64,000 bases of DNA from the human T2T-CHM13v2.0 reference genome, Homo sapiens, in NCBI RefSeq assembly GCF_009914755.1, contig NC_060931.1, one strand, 5' to 3'. A program made the position numbers and the translations under genes. Shown one piece after another: positions 36,401 through 49,850 of the stretch. The notes below the pieces were generated by a model that worked only from the letters and a program-made list of their open reading frames with translations, did no database searches and was not told the DNA's origin. How positions within the stretch are numbered: position 1 is the stretch's first letter; the number at the start of each line of letters is the position of its first letter.

Positions 36401-37410
36401 ATCCTGCTGTGACCCATTCATCAGTGTGTTTCTTATATTTCAGTTGTTCATAGTATTTGTCATATGTCTTCTGTTTTTCCCAGCACCTAGGATGATGTTT
36501 CTGCATAGTAGAGATTCAATGTGTCATTCAGGGTTTAAAAACCTCATCTTAAGTTCATAGCTTATGGGGCAAGTTCTAGAGTCAGCATTAGATAAGAGGT
36601 GATAGGAGCTGAGAAGAGGGCTGTCAAACTTTCTAGGGAAGAGGGACTGGAAGGTTAGAGACCAGGCATTGCTGATAAGACTTCCAGCACTTAATCCATG
36701 ACGTCACTGCTAGTAACTACAGCTGGATTTTACCTTATCATAGTCAGATAATATCTTGAAAGGGAAAGGCTGTTCCCTGCAGGAAAGCAACAGAGCCCAG
36801 AATCTGAAGACAGAGAGGAAATCCATGTCAAAATGTATCCCTAAAAGCATACATTTTCGTAGCCTAGGGTGACCTTTGAGGTCATCAGTTGATCCCTGAA
36901 ACTCCTGTTTTATGAGAAAGATGGGACTCAGAGGGATAGAGAGATATATTACTTCCCCAAAGTTCCTAATCCAACACTGGAATTTTATGTTAAGAATATT
37001 TTTATTCCCTTAGTTAAAAAAAATTTAAAAAAAATACCTTCTTCAAACAATTATTTGAGTGCATACTTTCCTCTTACACCTACTCCATACCAAAGACCAA
37101 ATGAAATGTGTGGGAAGGGAGCGTATATTTTGTGTTGGAGAGGTTTGGGGAGAAAGATTGTTCTGTTTTGTCCAAGCTCGAAATGATAGGATCCTGAAAG
37201 GCCTGTTAATCTATTGTCCCAGATTAATCTGCTTAAATACAGGCCCTTGAATACTGAAATTATTTAGTGTAAAGTGTACTTTATGAAATTATATGCACAA
37301 AAGCATTTAGTCTGAAATACTGCCAGAATCTACAGCCTCGTATTTCTCGTGAATATTTACCCTCTAACCCCATCCCTAAATTAACTTGTTCTCTGTCTTT
37401 ATTATTCCCT

Positions 37411-37737
<327 letters not shown>

Positions 37738-38094
37738 TGACTCCTTCAAGCTCTGTCATTCCATTCGAATGTGTGTAACCTACTGCTCAGGTGTAAATAC
37801 CTCTCAGGTAGAGTCTCCACATGCTGCTTTCATGCCACCCTTGCCCTTGTCCTCCCAAACCAGCATCTGCTGGTGGGTGCACTTCTATCTCAAAGAGGGA
37901 AAGGAAGAGAACTAAGAGCTCATGTTTGCTTTTGGTGTCTAGATGTTCCACGGGACTCATTATTTGATAATTATCTTTTTACGTGTCTGACACCACATCT
38001 CCCATAAACTCAGTGAGGAAGGAGCACAGCCTCAGGATTCAAACCTTAACATACATGCATTCAGCATTCATTTATCCAGCAAATACAGAATGCT

Positions 38095-38265
38095 TAGTTG
38101 CTTTCCATATATTATCTCAACTAGTTGTACCAACAACACTTCAAAGGAAACATTAGTATCCTTATATCACGAATGAGGAAAGCTGAGACTTTGGTCAAAC
38201 CACTTGTTTAAGAACAGCTGATAAAAGGCAGTGCCATGAATCATATCCAGATTGGGTTTACTCTA
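38095..38265. mobile_element. MIR fragment
   Basis: atgaggaaagctgagac core. Confidence 0.5.
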
Positions 38266-39115
38266 AAATCAGATGCTTGTGTATCGCCTTAGTCTATTTG
38301 GTGATAATTCCTGCTATATCTCCTTTCCACCTCTTGTTTGCACCTTCTCAAGCTACCTCTTTTCTCTCTCTTGCAAATATTTCCTTACTGCTTTCTTCCA
38401 CTCCCTTGGACTCAGTGGTTAAAATGGGAAATGGGGTTCTTTAATCTACTAGAATCATTTCTGGGATACTAATTTTCCACCTTCTTCCCAATTCCCATTA
38501 TTTGAAGTCTAGCTATATTATCTTAAAATTTTCAATACTGTTGTCTTTCATTTCTCCCAACCGAATGGCAATTTTATTTTAGCATCTGATTTACTTTCTT
38601 CTGTACCTTGTTCTCAACAATTTAATAAAGCATAAGAATGACTCTTTAGATTCCCCAAACTCTGTTTTTCAGACTTCTTGCCTTAACAGAACTTAATAGA
38701 ACTGTCTGCCTATTCCTTATCACTCAGTAACAGCATTGTCACACCCTGGATTCCAATTTAGAAATCTCACAATTCTTATTATCTCTCAAATCACATTGCA
38801 TCCACCAAAACGATATGTCCTACAACACCACTGTTCAGCCATTTTCTCTTAAAACTCTTTTGGCTTCTAAAAGTGAAGCATCACTTTATTTTTCTCTATC
38901 CCATTTGTCATAAGATTAAGGACTCTGAACCTATACATAAAATAATATTAAAGCCACTGGAGGCGATACATGCAAGGGCTTGGGATAAATCCAGCTTCCG
39001 TGTGAATATTTCTTCTGTAATGTGTTAATTAATTTGTTCTATAGGATGTTAAAAGGGTTTCTTTCTCACAAGCAAGGAACTCTAGATGCCCATTTCTCTG
39101 AATCTGTGCTAGCTG

Positions 39116-39135
39116 GGCACCCCTAGGGGGCGCTC
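39116..39135 (+). promoter_or_regulatory. Candidate CTCF site
   Basis: CCCCTAGGGGGCGC (39120-39133) is one mismatch from the core CCACTAGGGGGCGC. Confidence 0.65.
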
Positions 39136-39939
39136 CGTCTCTCAAAATACAAGGGGCTGACAGCAGCGTGCCTCTGGGTGAGGCTCACTCTAGGGGTGTG
39201 GCCTCACGGAGAACCTCAACCCACAAGAGTTTGGCTTAGAAACAAGTTTGAAAACCTCTTCAGGTCCAGAGCCTTTAAATAATGCCTGCTATGCGCTAAG
39301 ACAGCCCTGGGTATCCAGAGTTCACAAAGCAAGGACTGATTTCCTTTCGCCTTGACAGCCTCAGCAAAAGTGGAAGGGGGTTTGCAGAATTGCACTATTA
39401 GCAGCGTCCACCCGAAGGTCTGCACAGAATTAGACTGAGCTGATTCTGGACAAAGCCCACTGTGTACCTTTATCTACTGGGCAAAAGTTACCCCCAACAC
39501 CTGCTATAATCGACTCATTTTAGGAGCAAAATGTCAGGCCATGAAGCATCAGATCATTGAAAGACCCAATTAATTAGTCCAGGAAAGGAGTAATAAGAAC
39601 ATCTGTGATCTGAGTTCCATACTAAGACACAGAGAGACGACTGAGTTATTCTGGTGCTTGCTGTCTGAGGTCCAGACAGTACTTGTGACCCTCTTATCCT
39701 CAGAAGAGTAACCACAATTCCCTGGAGTGAAGAATATCCCAATTCACTCATGGAGTTCACTTTAGTCTCATTCTCGACCTTTGTCACCAATTGGCTAAGG
39801 CTATTTGTTTTTCCAATTCTGTATTAGGAAAAAGAAGTTGCACAGAGGATCAGACATCAGATACGTTTCTAAATTCTGCAGCTCTGGGTGGGCAGCCTCA
39901 TTTGGGGAAATGCTAGCTGCTGTTTCCAAAGTGGGGAAG

Positions 39940-40100
39940 CCCACGGTTTCGGACACAGGGCTGACAGCGCTGCTCCAGCAGCCCCCAGGGCCAGAGGAAC
40001 CCGGCCTTAGCTCCGCCCCGCTCTGCCCGGCCCCGGGTGGCTGCGATGCCGAGGTCCTCTGCTCCCGCCGGGCGTGCAGCGGGCGCGCGCGCGTGTGTTT
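39940..40100 (+). promoter_or_regulatory. CPED1: CPED1 GC-rich promoter/TSS region
   Basis: Small CpG cluster with a GC box (CCGCCC ~40013) upstream of the exon-1 donor. Confidence 0.75.
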
Positions 40101-40258
40101 ATGTGTCTGTGTGCGTGTGTGTGTGTGTCTCTCTCTGTGTGTGTGTGAGATGAATTGGAGTCATACGACTGGGTGTTTCCTTCCGAGTGGTTTTCATCAG
40201 CAATCCATTAGGAAATCATGGAAACTTTTTTTTTCCTGGCTAAAAGGATGAAAACTGA
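40040..40258 (+). other. CPED1: CPED1 non-coding exon 1 (start approximate)
   Basis: Donor GA/gtaagt at 40259 downstream of the CpG cluster; matching acceptor tttttttaaactcag ending 40736. Confidence 0.75.
40083..40147. repeat. (GC)n(GT)n alternating purine-pyrimidine repeat
   Basis: gcgcgcgcgcgtgtgt...gtgcgtgtgtgtgtgtgt. Confidence 0.9.
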
Positions 40259-40922
40259 GTAAGTACATAGAACTTTGAACTTGAGACGGAATGAAACAAA
40301 TTCAAGCAAAAACCCTGACAGTAACCATGTCCATTCAAATTGCGTATGCCCTTTTTATGTTAAAAGCCGTGAATACTTACAGGACAGTGGGAATTTAAAA
40401 CTAAATGAAGGGAAGCATACAAAAGGCTGAAAGCAAGACTGCTTTAAAACCGGAGGAAAATTGAGGAACTGCTAAGGCAACCTGGCCTGAGTTCAGCTGT
40501 GCAACAGGCACTTTGGGTTTTAATCTTTTGCGTTCTTCAATGCTGTTTTCAGACTCCAGATATACTTTGGTATTGTTTTCTCTCTTCCTGCAAAGCTGAG
40601 GCAGAGTCGGACTCCTTTACTGTGAGTTGAAAGATGTGAGAATAAGGCATTGCTGGAAGCAACAGTTTGGCAGCCTGGGGTACACTCAGGTTATTCGTTA
40701 CAACTATTATTATTTGATGTCTTTTTTTAAACTCAGGTCATCCACTTTTGACTGTCATCCATGGAAGAGCTCTTATTAAAAGCCTCAGACTTTCGGGACC
40801 TATGATTCTTTGGCACAACCTTTTGGAAAATTCTTAAGCAGGGATGAAGCAAACTTGATTGGAGTTGGGGAAAAAGAAGACAGATTAGTATTTTTCATGC
40901 TGACAAAAAATAGCTGCTATGA

Positions 40923-41228
<306 letters not shown>

Positions 41229-44200
41229 TAAGCTTAACGGAGACAGTTTCTGCAAAGACAGCAATCTGCTTCTCTGTCCTTTCTATAAAACTAAAATTAA
41301 CTTCCATGAGGTCTGAAAGGGATCCAGAGTGTAAACAGCCTAGAGAGTGACCTGATGACTGGGAAACACGTTACATAAGCTTCAACTTCTTATAGTTACT
41401 TCCAGAAAGTTCTGGCATTACTTTATCTCTTAGGATTTCACTTCATTTCAGTGGAATGAAGTAGACAGTTTGGAGGAGGCATAAAATGATGTGGATTCTT
41501 TCTAAAATATCAGTATTCTAAGAGATCTGAGGATTTACAATTCAAAAACATAAATCAAAGTTTCAAAAACTTTGATAAACCTTGAGTGTCTCTTTTCTCA
41601 AGGCAGTCAGTATGAGTGCCCAGACCATTCCAGACTCAAAGATTCTCCAAAGTTTCATTTTGTAACTAGCTAGATTGATTCTTAATTGGTGACCACATTT
41701 CTAAAGCAATATATTTACTTCGAAAGCATTAAAATAATAGGATAATAGGTTTCTTCAAAAGAATTGATACAATGTATTTTATTGTTTATAGGATCAGGGA
41801 AATACAGATTATTCTATATTTATACTATTCAGATAAACTTACTAATCTTACTTGTCAAATATTGAAAAAAAACACAAAAAGCACACAAAGTAACACAGGA
41901 TTTCTATTTTAATATACCACTCTCCTCATGCCTATCAGTAATATAATGACCTGTAACATAGTCAAGTGTAAAACAGAACATGAAGAAATAAAAAAAAATC
42001 CATGCAAAAAAGATCATGGTGGCAAAGCTACTAAATTTTATGTTACAACAAGTAGTATTGTAGCAACAAAATAGAGGGCTCTGTAAGTAGCATCTTATAT
42101 CTACAGTAGATTCTGGTCGATCTTATGATGCCGGTTACCGTTTGAAGTAGAATTTCTACTTGAACACCAGCTCCGTTGCTACCATTATTACCAAAACCTC
42201 CACGATTGACCAGCACCACTTCTTTTAAAAACTCTTTTATTTATTTCGTTTCAGACTACTGCCCTGTGAGACAGGTACAGTAGATAGGATTATTAGCATT
42301 TTATGAACAAGGAGCCTGACAGTGCCATTTAGGTAGGTCACATGGTTAGCATTATGACAAGATGCATCCCCAGAGCAATAGCTATCAAGCTGCTTGGTTC
42401 CTACTGCAGGGCTGATGCTCCAAATAAAAGTCAATTCAAAGCCCTTGTAATAATTTTTGAAACCACAACTACAAGAACTTACTGAAATACAAAATAACAT
42501 TAAGTTAAAACAAGGAAAATTTTAAACTTTTAAGTGACTTCATTTGTTATCCGTAATGCCAGGAAACATCCTGACCAAGAACTATCTTATGACAAAGAAT
42601 AGTAGATAATATAAGTTGAAACACTTTAAAATGAAACTGCAACTGAAATTGTACATCTATTTTTAGGCACAGTAAAGTTATTGAAGAATGTGTATTTTTG
42701 TTGTTGTTGTTCATTTATACTAGCATTAACTTTTTTCTTTTCCTGACTACATCACAGTTACAATGGATGTAAACTGTGACTGTTAAAGTCATTTCTTGTT
42801 AGTTTCAACATTGAGAAAGGCAATTTCTTAAAAAATAGTTGAGATAGTCTTGCTCTTATTTAATGCCTAAAATTTTTGCTAGGAATTTTGAATGAAAAGG
42901 TTTTATTCATGAACTTACAGCTTTCTTACTCCCCTTGTTCACTCTGTGTGATTCCTACTTTGTTTGTAATTTAGGCATATGTTAGCTGTTATTTGTGGGC
43001 TGTCATAGAAAATTCGATTTCAACTTTGAATCTCCTACTACTTATAAACCATCTGAAACTTACTGGCTCCTGGTGTAAAACATTCACTTGAGAATTTTCT
43101 TCACCAAAAATGCCAAACACATGATGAATTTCGTTTAAAAATGATTCACAGTCTTAAGTATTTTAACTGTAAGCAAGATTCTAAATTTACAATTATAGTT
43201 CAGGAGCCCAGTGGATATGGAAAGTAGATTTCCAAACATTAGCCATGTCACTCCATTTTTAACCTATGCCAGCCCCTGGATTAAAGCCACTTTTTATTTG
43301 AGACAGAAAGGAAGTGAGAAAGAAAGTATCATACACATGTTAATTAAAACCAGATACAAATTAATTCTACTTATAGTATATGTTTTGAAAAAAGAGTCAA
43401 ATCATACTCCAATTTAAATTATTAGATACTCTTTCAGATGGCTAAAATGAAGAGAGAAAGCTTTTGGGATCAATATATTGATCATTTTCTAAAGTAACTA
43501 CTTGTGAAGTTCATTTAAAAAAACTGATTAGATGCTATATAGGTTTCCTGAAAACCTAGAATTAGCTTTGAGGCATTTTATAGAAGTAGCATTGTTTCTA
43601 TCTGTAAATTTTGGATTTTGTTATTACTTTTATTTAGTCAAATCTTAGTCAAATCTTTGCTTTAAGTGTTTTTAAAAGTTACTTAAACCAGCTGATTTTG
43701 ACCTAGGGTTCATGGATTCCAGAATGTATTTAGATGTATGAAATGTATACATCCATGACATTTTATGCAAAATACTGTAATGTAGGTGTATGTGAAGATC
43801 TTTGGGGGGAAAATTATAGATTTATGTCAGATATTCAGAACTAAAAACATGCTAAGAACCACTACAAATGCTTAACAACCAGTATGTTTACATGTTAAAC
43901 TAACTGCCCCTCCAGGATGTGTAAACTGGATGTAGATTTAAAAACCTAAAATCAAAAAATCATAGTTAAAGACTTCAACTGAGCATATTAGAACAAGTGT
44001 TTCAGTGAATGTTTTAGTGTTTGCAGGGATAAATATTCAGAAACCAAAGTAAATACACAGAAGTAAAAACTTCTTGGATCAGAGTTTTTATTCATTGAAT
44101 AAGTAATACATATTTCCCAGCCTTTTTTGTTGCAGTTGTATCTATGAGAAGACCTTTTGTACTTTGTCAGCCTCCTAATGGAGGGTTCTGTACTACCAAA

Positions 44201-44959
44201 TATTTGATGGTGGGTGACTTTACCCTGCACACTTTTACACATGGGATCTGGTTCAATGTGTAAAGCTGTTTTCAATATGGATTGAAATCATGGTATAATA
44301 TATGCCAACTTTCCATAGTGAGGAAGTACTCTCCCTCTTTCTTGCCAAACTTTAATTCATTTTTCCATTTGAATAATGCAAAGGGCTTGGCTAAGCAGAT
44401 GTATTTTTGTCACTTCTTCTGAGTTTTCTCTCAACATCAGTAGTCTGAATATTGCCTGACAATCTGCCAAGTCTTAAAATTATTTCAATTTAATATATAA
44501 ACACAGATGTGTTGTCTTCATCAAAGTAGGTCACTCAATAGATTTATCTATTTTATAGCATCTAACAGTTTAACATTTCATAGCACAGGAAGCACATTAA
44601 ATTATAAACAGAAGCAATGAAAGAAAATCTCCTTAATATATGCTTCTTTAATGGAAACTTTGCTATTTGGGGAATACATTTATACTCACCATAGCCATGT
44701 GTTTCTGATTACCTCCTGTTGATGGCTCCAAAATGAGAACTACTATTTTGTTGACTGTTGCTTGACTATTCATTTCCCATGTCTTCTTGACCCTCCCTTC
44801 TCTTTAAATGACCATTCTATATGACATCTACTTTCTCAAGGATCAAAACATAGCCCAGTGCAAATAAGTGGATGTTCTCATTGAAAATGATCTAATTAAT
44901 CTTGTTTGCATTTCTAATAGTAAATAGTATATTTAACATTTGAAAATTTCTAAAAAAAT

Positions 44960-45330
44960 TCCTTACTTGGCCCAGGTTTTCTAGAAATAGAACTGGAGGC
45001 AAACACTTGCATGCTAACACTTTGTTGGAGAATGCAATCCCAGGGACACAAGAGTGAGGAAAGAACAGAGAAGGGAGAGCAAACAGAAGGGAGTACATTA
45101 TTGCAAGTCATTTCTAGAGAGGCTTTCTTCAACGACCACGTCTCAGTACAGGTGCTGGACAAAAGGAGCAGAAAGAGCAAGCAATTTATCACCTGATCTC
45201 CTCTCCTGCCTTTTGTTGATTGGAGTCCCTCTCATGGTATTTGCAGGTTGAGTTTTTTGGCTTCTCAGGGCAGCCACTAGAGAAGCTCGCCCCTGGGTGG
45301 GGGTCGTCCTGCAGGTGCAAAGGTGAAGTG
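44960..45330. mobile_element. Possible old ERVL-class LTR fragment
   Basis: LTR-like phrasing (caggttttctagaaatagaactggaggc...gaatgcaatcccaggga); family not assigned. Confidence 0.35.
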
Positions 45331-45679
45331 GACTCTCCTTTTCAATCAGTACTGTGAGTAGGAGCTTCCAGGTCTGTGCTTCAGAGACAGTGAAAACGCT
45401 GTCCTTAGTTTGATGACCACAACAATGGTGAGTAATGCCCACTAGAAAGGTAGATGAGGCAATGTGGCCTACTCACTACTGAGGCAGTAGTTTGATAACT
45501 TTGCTTTCTAGAAATCCACCAAAAATCCAGCAAAAAATGCTTGCACTCTTGGCAAGAGGCCTCTCTTCTTTTATATAAAAATGTTGTAATTATCTCACTG
45601 AGAATCCTTCTCTTTAACTAAAAAAAAATCCCCTACAGAACCTTGCTTCCTCTCTACCCTTTCTCCTCCCGATACCTTT

Positions 45680-45967
45680 CATTTATTCATTTTCATTCAT
45701 TTAGTAAATATTTATTGGACAATTTGTATGTATTAGCCTCTTTATGAGATACAAGTTATATAGAAATAAAAGCTTCTGTGAGACAGACAAGTAAATTAAC
45801 ACGGTGATAGGAAACTGACAATTACAAGACTACTTTTTGAATGTTGAGAAGGAACTAGAGAGGGTAGAGAAAGAAAAAAGTATTACATGCAGATTAGCCT
45901 GCATATGCAAATAAGAAATGAAATAGCTGGATAGCCTGATACATTTGGAGAATTCAAAGTATTTGTT

Positions 45968-46007
<40 letters not shown>

Positions 46008-46240
46008 GTTGTTGTTGTTACTGATGGAAGCAGGAAGGCAAATACACAAAGTAGAAAAGTCAGCAGGGTCTAGATGTTGGAAATGTGCACATGATAAGGA
46101 GTCTGGATTCTATTCCAAAGGCAACAGAGAATCCCTGAAGAATGCTAAGCAAAGACTGGCATAAATACATAAGTGTATTAGAGAGAAAGTGAGAAAACAC
46201 ACATTGCAGAATGGACTGGAGTAGAATTGAAGGCAGGAAG
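45680..46240. mobile_element. L2 3' fragment containing (TG)n/(TTG)n
   Basis: ttcattcatttagtaaatatttattg L2 tail and L2-like ggattctattccaaaggcaacagagaatc. Confidence 0.55.
45972..46019. repeat. (TG)n then (TTG)n microsatellite
   Basis: Directly visible. Confidence 0.95.
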
Positions 46241-47208
46241 ACCAGTTGGTAGGCTGTTTCAAAATGCCTCTTCTTCGCCAAATCTTACTTTCCATGTGTG
46301 TTCTTGAACACCCCCTTTTCAACCTTTTTCAAAATTGGCTCCACAGTTACCCTCTATTACTTATAATATTGCCAATTCCAAATCTTTCCTCCTGCCAGCG
46401 AACATGTGTAGAACTAATAAAACAATAAGCTTTCTTTGTACCTGGCAATCTACCTAATATGATATGCTCCCTGTCTCTCTACTTCCCTTCAGAGAAACTG
46501 TAACTGGTTCTCTTTGCATGTACTTCCTTGTTACCTCTCCCGATTCCTTATCCTTTGCATTTGGTCATTTCTATTGAAACCTCTCTTGGTGAACCCCTTA
46601 TTACCAAATCTAATGAGATCTATTTTCAGTCTACATCCTTCTTCTCTGAGGCATGTTCTGCTATTGGGAAGTGACTCTTTCTTGAAATTTCCTTTTCGAA
46701 TTCCACAACACAACAAGGTTATTCTGAAAAACTTGTGGTCTCTTTTCGAGTTCATTTCCTCTCTCTGATGACACAGGTAGACATTTCCAACCTTAGGTCC
46801 TTGGATCTTTGCCTTGTTTTATACTTTTCCTTGATGAATGTATCAGTTTTGCCTATTGTTAATTTTCACCCTTGGCAGATGACATATCACCTACCTCTTC
46901 AAATTCCTGCTACCTTTTTCTAGAATATTATAAAATACTACAAAAATTTAAATAATTTATTTCACAAACCTCATGCCCAAATCAATGACTCCTCTTAACC
47001 TCCCTATTTCCATGAATAGGACCTGTCACCCAACCACCATTTTCCTAGATGCATAGTTTTTACACCTTTGATATTTCTTGCTTCTTCCCTGTACCTTGCT
47101 CCTCACCAAATCCATCTGGCCTGGCTCCTTACCAAATCTGAGGTCTGCCACTGAGCGACATGGCGAGCTCCAAATTAGAAAGACCACAACATTCTTCAGT
47201 TTTTTTTA

Positions 47209-47209
47209 T

Positions 47210-47256
<47 letters not shown>

Positions 47257-47337
47257 TTCTCCTTCTCCTCCTCCTTCTCCTCCTCCTTCTTCTCCTCCTC
47301 CTCCTCCTCCTCCTCCTTCTTCTTCTTCTTCTTCTTC
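47209..47337. repeat. Pure polypyrimidine (TTC)n/(CTC)n triplet tract, 129 nt
   Basis: No purines between 47209 and 47337. Confidence 0.95.
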
Positions 47338-47344
47338 AATAACT

Positions 47345-47639
47345 CTGGGAGTGGTGGCTCACATCTGTAATCCTAGCACTTTGGGAGGCTGAAGCAGGAG
47401 GATCACTTAAGTCCAGGAGTTCAAGACCAGCCTAGGCAAAATAGGGAGAGCCTATCTCCACAAAAAGTTAAAAAAAAATTAGCTGGGATTGATGGCATGT
47501 GCCTGGAGCCCCCCAGCTACTCGAGAGGCCAAGGTGGGAGGATTGCTTGAGCCAGGGATGTCAAGGCTGCAGTGACCTGTGATCATGCCTCTGCACTCCA
47601 GCCTAGGTGACAGAGCAAGCTCCTGTCTCAAAAAAAAAA
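47345..47639 (+). mobile_element. AluJ
   Basis: ggaggatcacttaagtccaggag...ggaggattgcttgagcc...aaggctgcagtga, A-tail. Confidence 0.9.
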
Positions 47640-48802
47640 GAAAAGGGAATTATCCTTAGAAATTTTTAATAGAGGTAAAAAAACCCCACATATTATAAAA
47701 TTTAACCTCTTAACCATTTGTGAGTATACAGTTAAGTAGTATTAATCATATTTACATTGTTGTGCAAAGTCCAAAATATTCTTGCCTTGTTCACAGCCCT
47801 TATTCAGAAACATTAGTCTCAACCAGCTTGCATGTTGCTTCCTCTTCTCCTTGGCATCTGGCCCAGATCTGGATTTCCTCCTTGTGGTTTATATATTGCC
47901 TGTAGACATGGTGCTCCTTTTTTAGCTCTAACTTCTAATTTCTCTCTGGGACCATGCTGTGCATTTAGCCCTTTATTATACTATTATAATTTTAGTAAAT
48001 ATCACATGAGCACAGCCCTTATGGCTATGTAAAGTGGAATTTTCTCTAGTCCTCCAAATTAATTCAGATAAGAGTTCATCAGATTCCAAAATCTTAGCAT
48101 CTATCTTCACAATCTCAATGCTGTGTCCTTGTTGTCACTAACCTAGACTCATTCAGTGGTTTAACCAGTTACCCCTCCATCTGCCTGCATATTCTAGGCA
48201 GTCTGTGCACAGGTCCCATTAATACCTCTGCTGAAAGCTTTCAGGAGTTGTAACGTTGAGCGCACTCAATTGAGTAGAAACCACACTGATCCTGGCATGT
48301 TCCAACATACTTTTCCAGCCTTATCTCTACCCTGTCTCTATGTGTAATCCATAATCCATAATCCACCCAACAGCCTGCCTATTTTCTAAACTCCCACATC
48401 TCTCCTTCTGTCAGGAGTCTCCTCCAGGGAGCCTGCTCTACTCAATACCTCTAGAAATCTTCATGATCATTCTTAAAGCTTTTGAGAACCTATGGAGTTT
48501 CACTTCCTTCATTATAGCAGCCCTTATCTCCATAAGTGGATGTGTGCTTAAACATCCCTAATAAAACTTATGTTTCATTGTAACTATTTATAAATGAAGG
48601 AACATTAGAATGTTAGAACTGCAAATAAGTTAGAGATGATTAAGTTCAACATCTTTCTTTTTTAAGTGAAGAGAAAGAAGGTCACAGAAAGAAAGTGGCT
48701 CTCTCAAAGTAACATAACAAGTTGATAGTGTGGACAGGACTGGACTGAGACCTATGTCCTTTCTATTTTATTATAGCCCCATATGCTAACTCCATTCATT
48801 GG

Positions 48803-49617
<815 letters not shown>

Positions 49618-49649
49618 AATTTGGGAAGGCAGAATAGTTAAGTACATGA

Positions 49650-49850
49650 ACACTGCATTCAAATTAATACCATTTATTAACTTGTTACCTTGGGCACATT
49701 TCTTGACCTCTCTAGGATTTAGTTTCCTTACCTGAATATGGATATATTATCACCAACTCCCCAGGCTAACATGATCCTTAAATGAGATAAATCACATGAA
49801 GCACTTAAAGTGTCTGGCAGATAGAAAGCACTCAATAAATATTAACTATG
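49650..49850. mobile_element. MIR
   Basis: accttgggcac...acctctct...agtttcct...aaatgagataa...gcactcaataaat. Confidence 0.6.

Noticed and set aside
39805-40251. 148-aa ORF across the CPED1 promoter
   Set aside because: Non-ATG start upstream of the likely TSS and runs through the GT repeat; only its ATG-initiated tail is kept as a uORF.
47078-47392. Poly-Ser/Pro and poly-Leu ORFs
   Set aside because: Translations of the TTC/CTC repeat.
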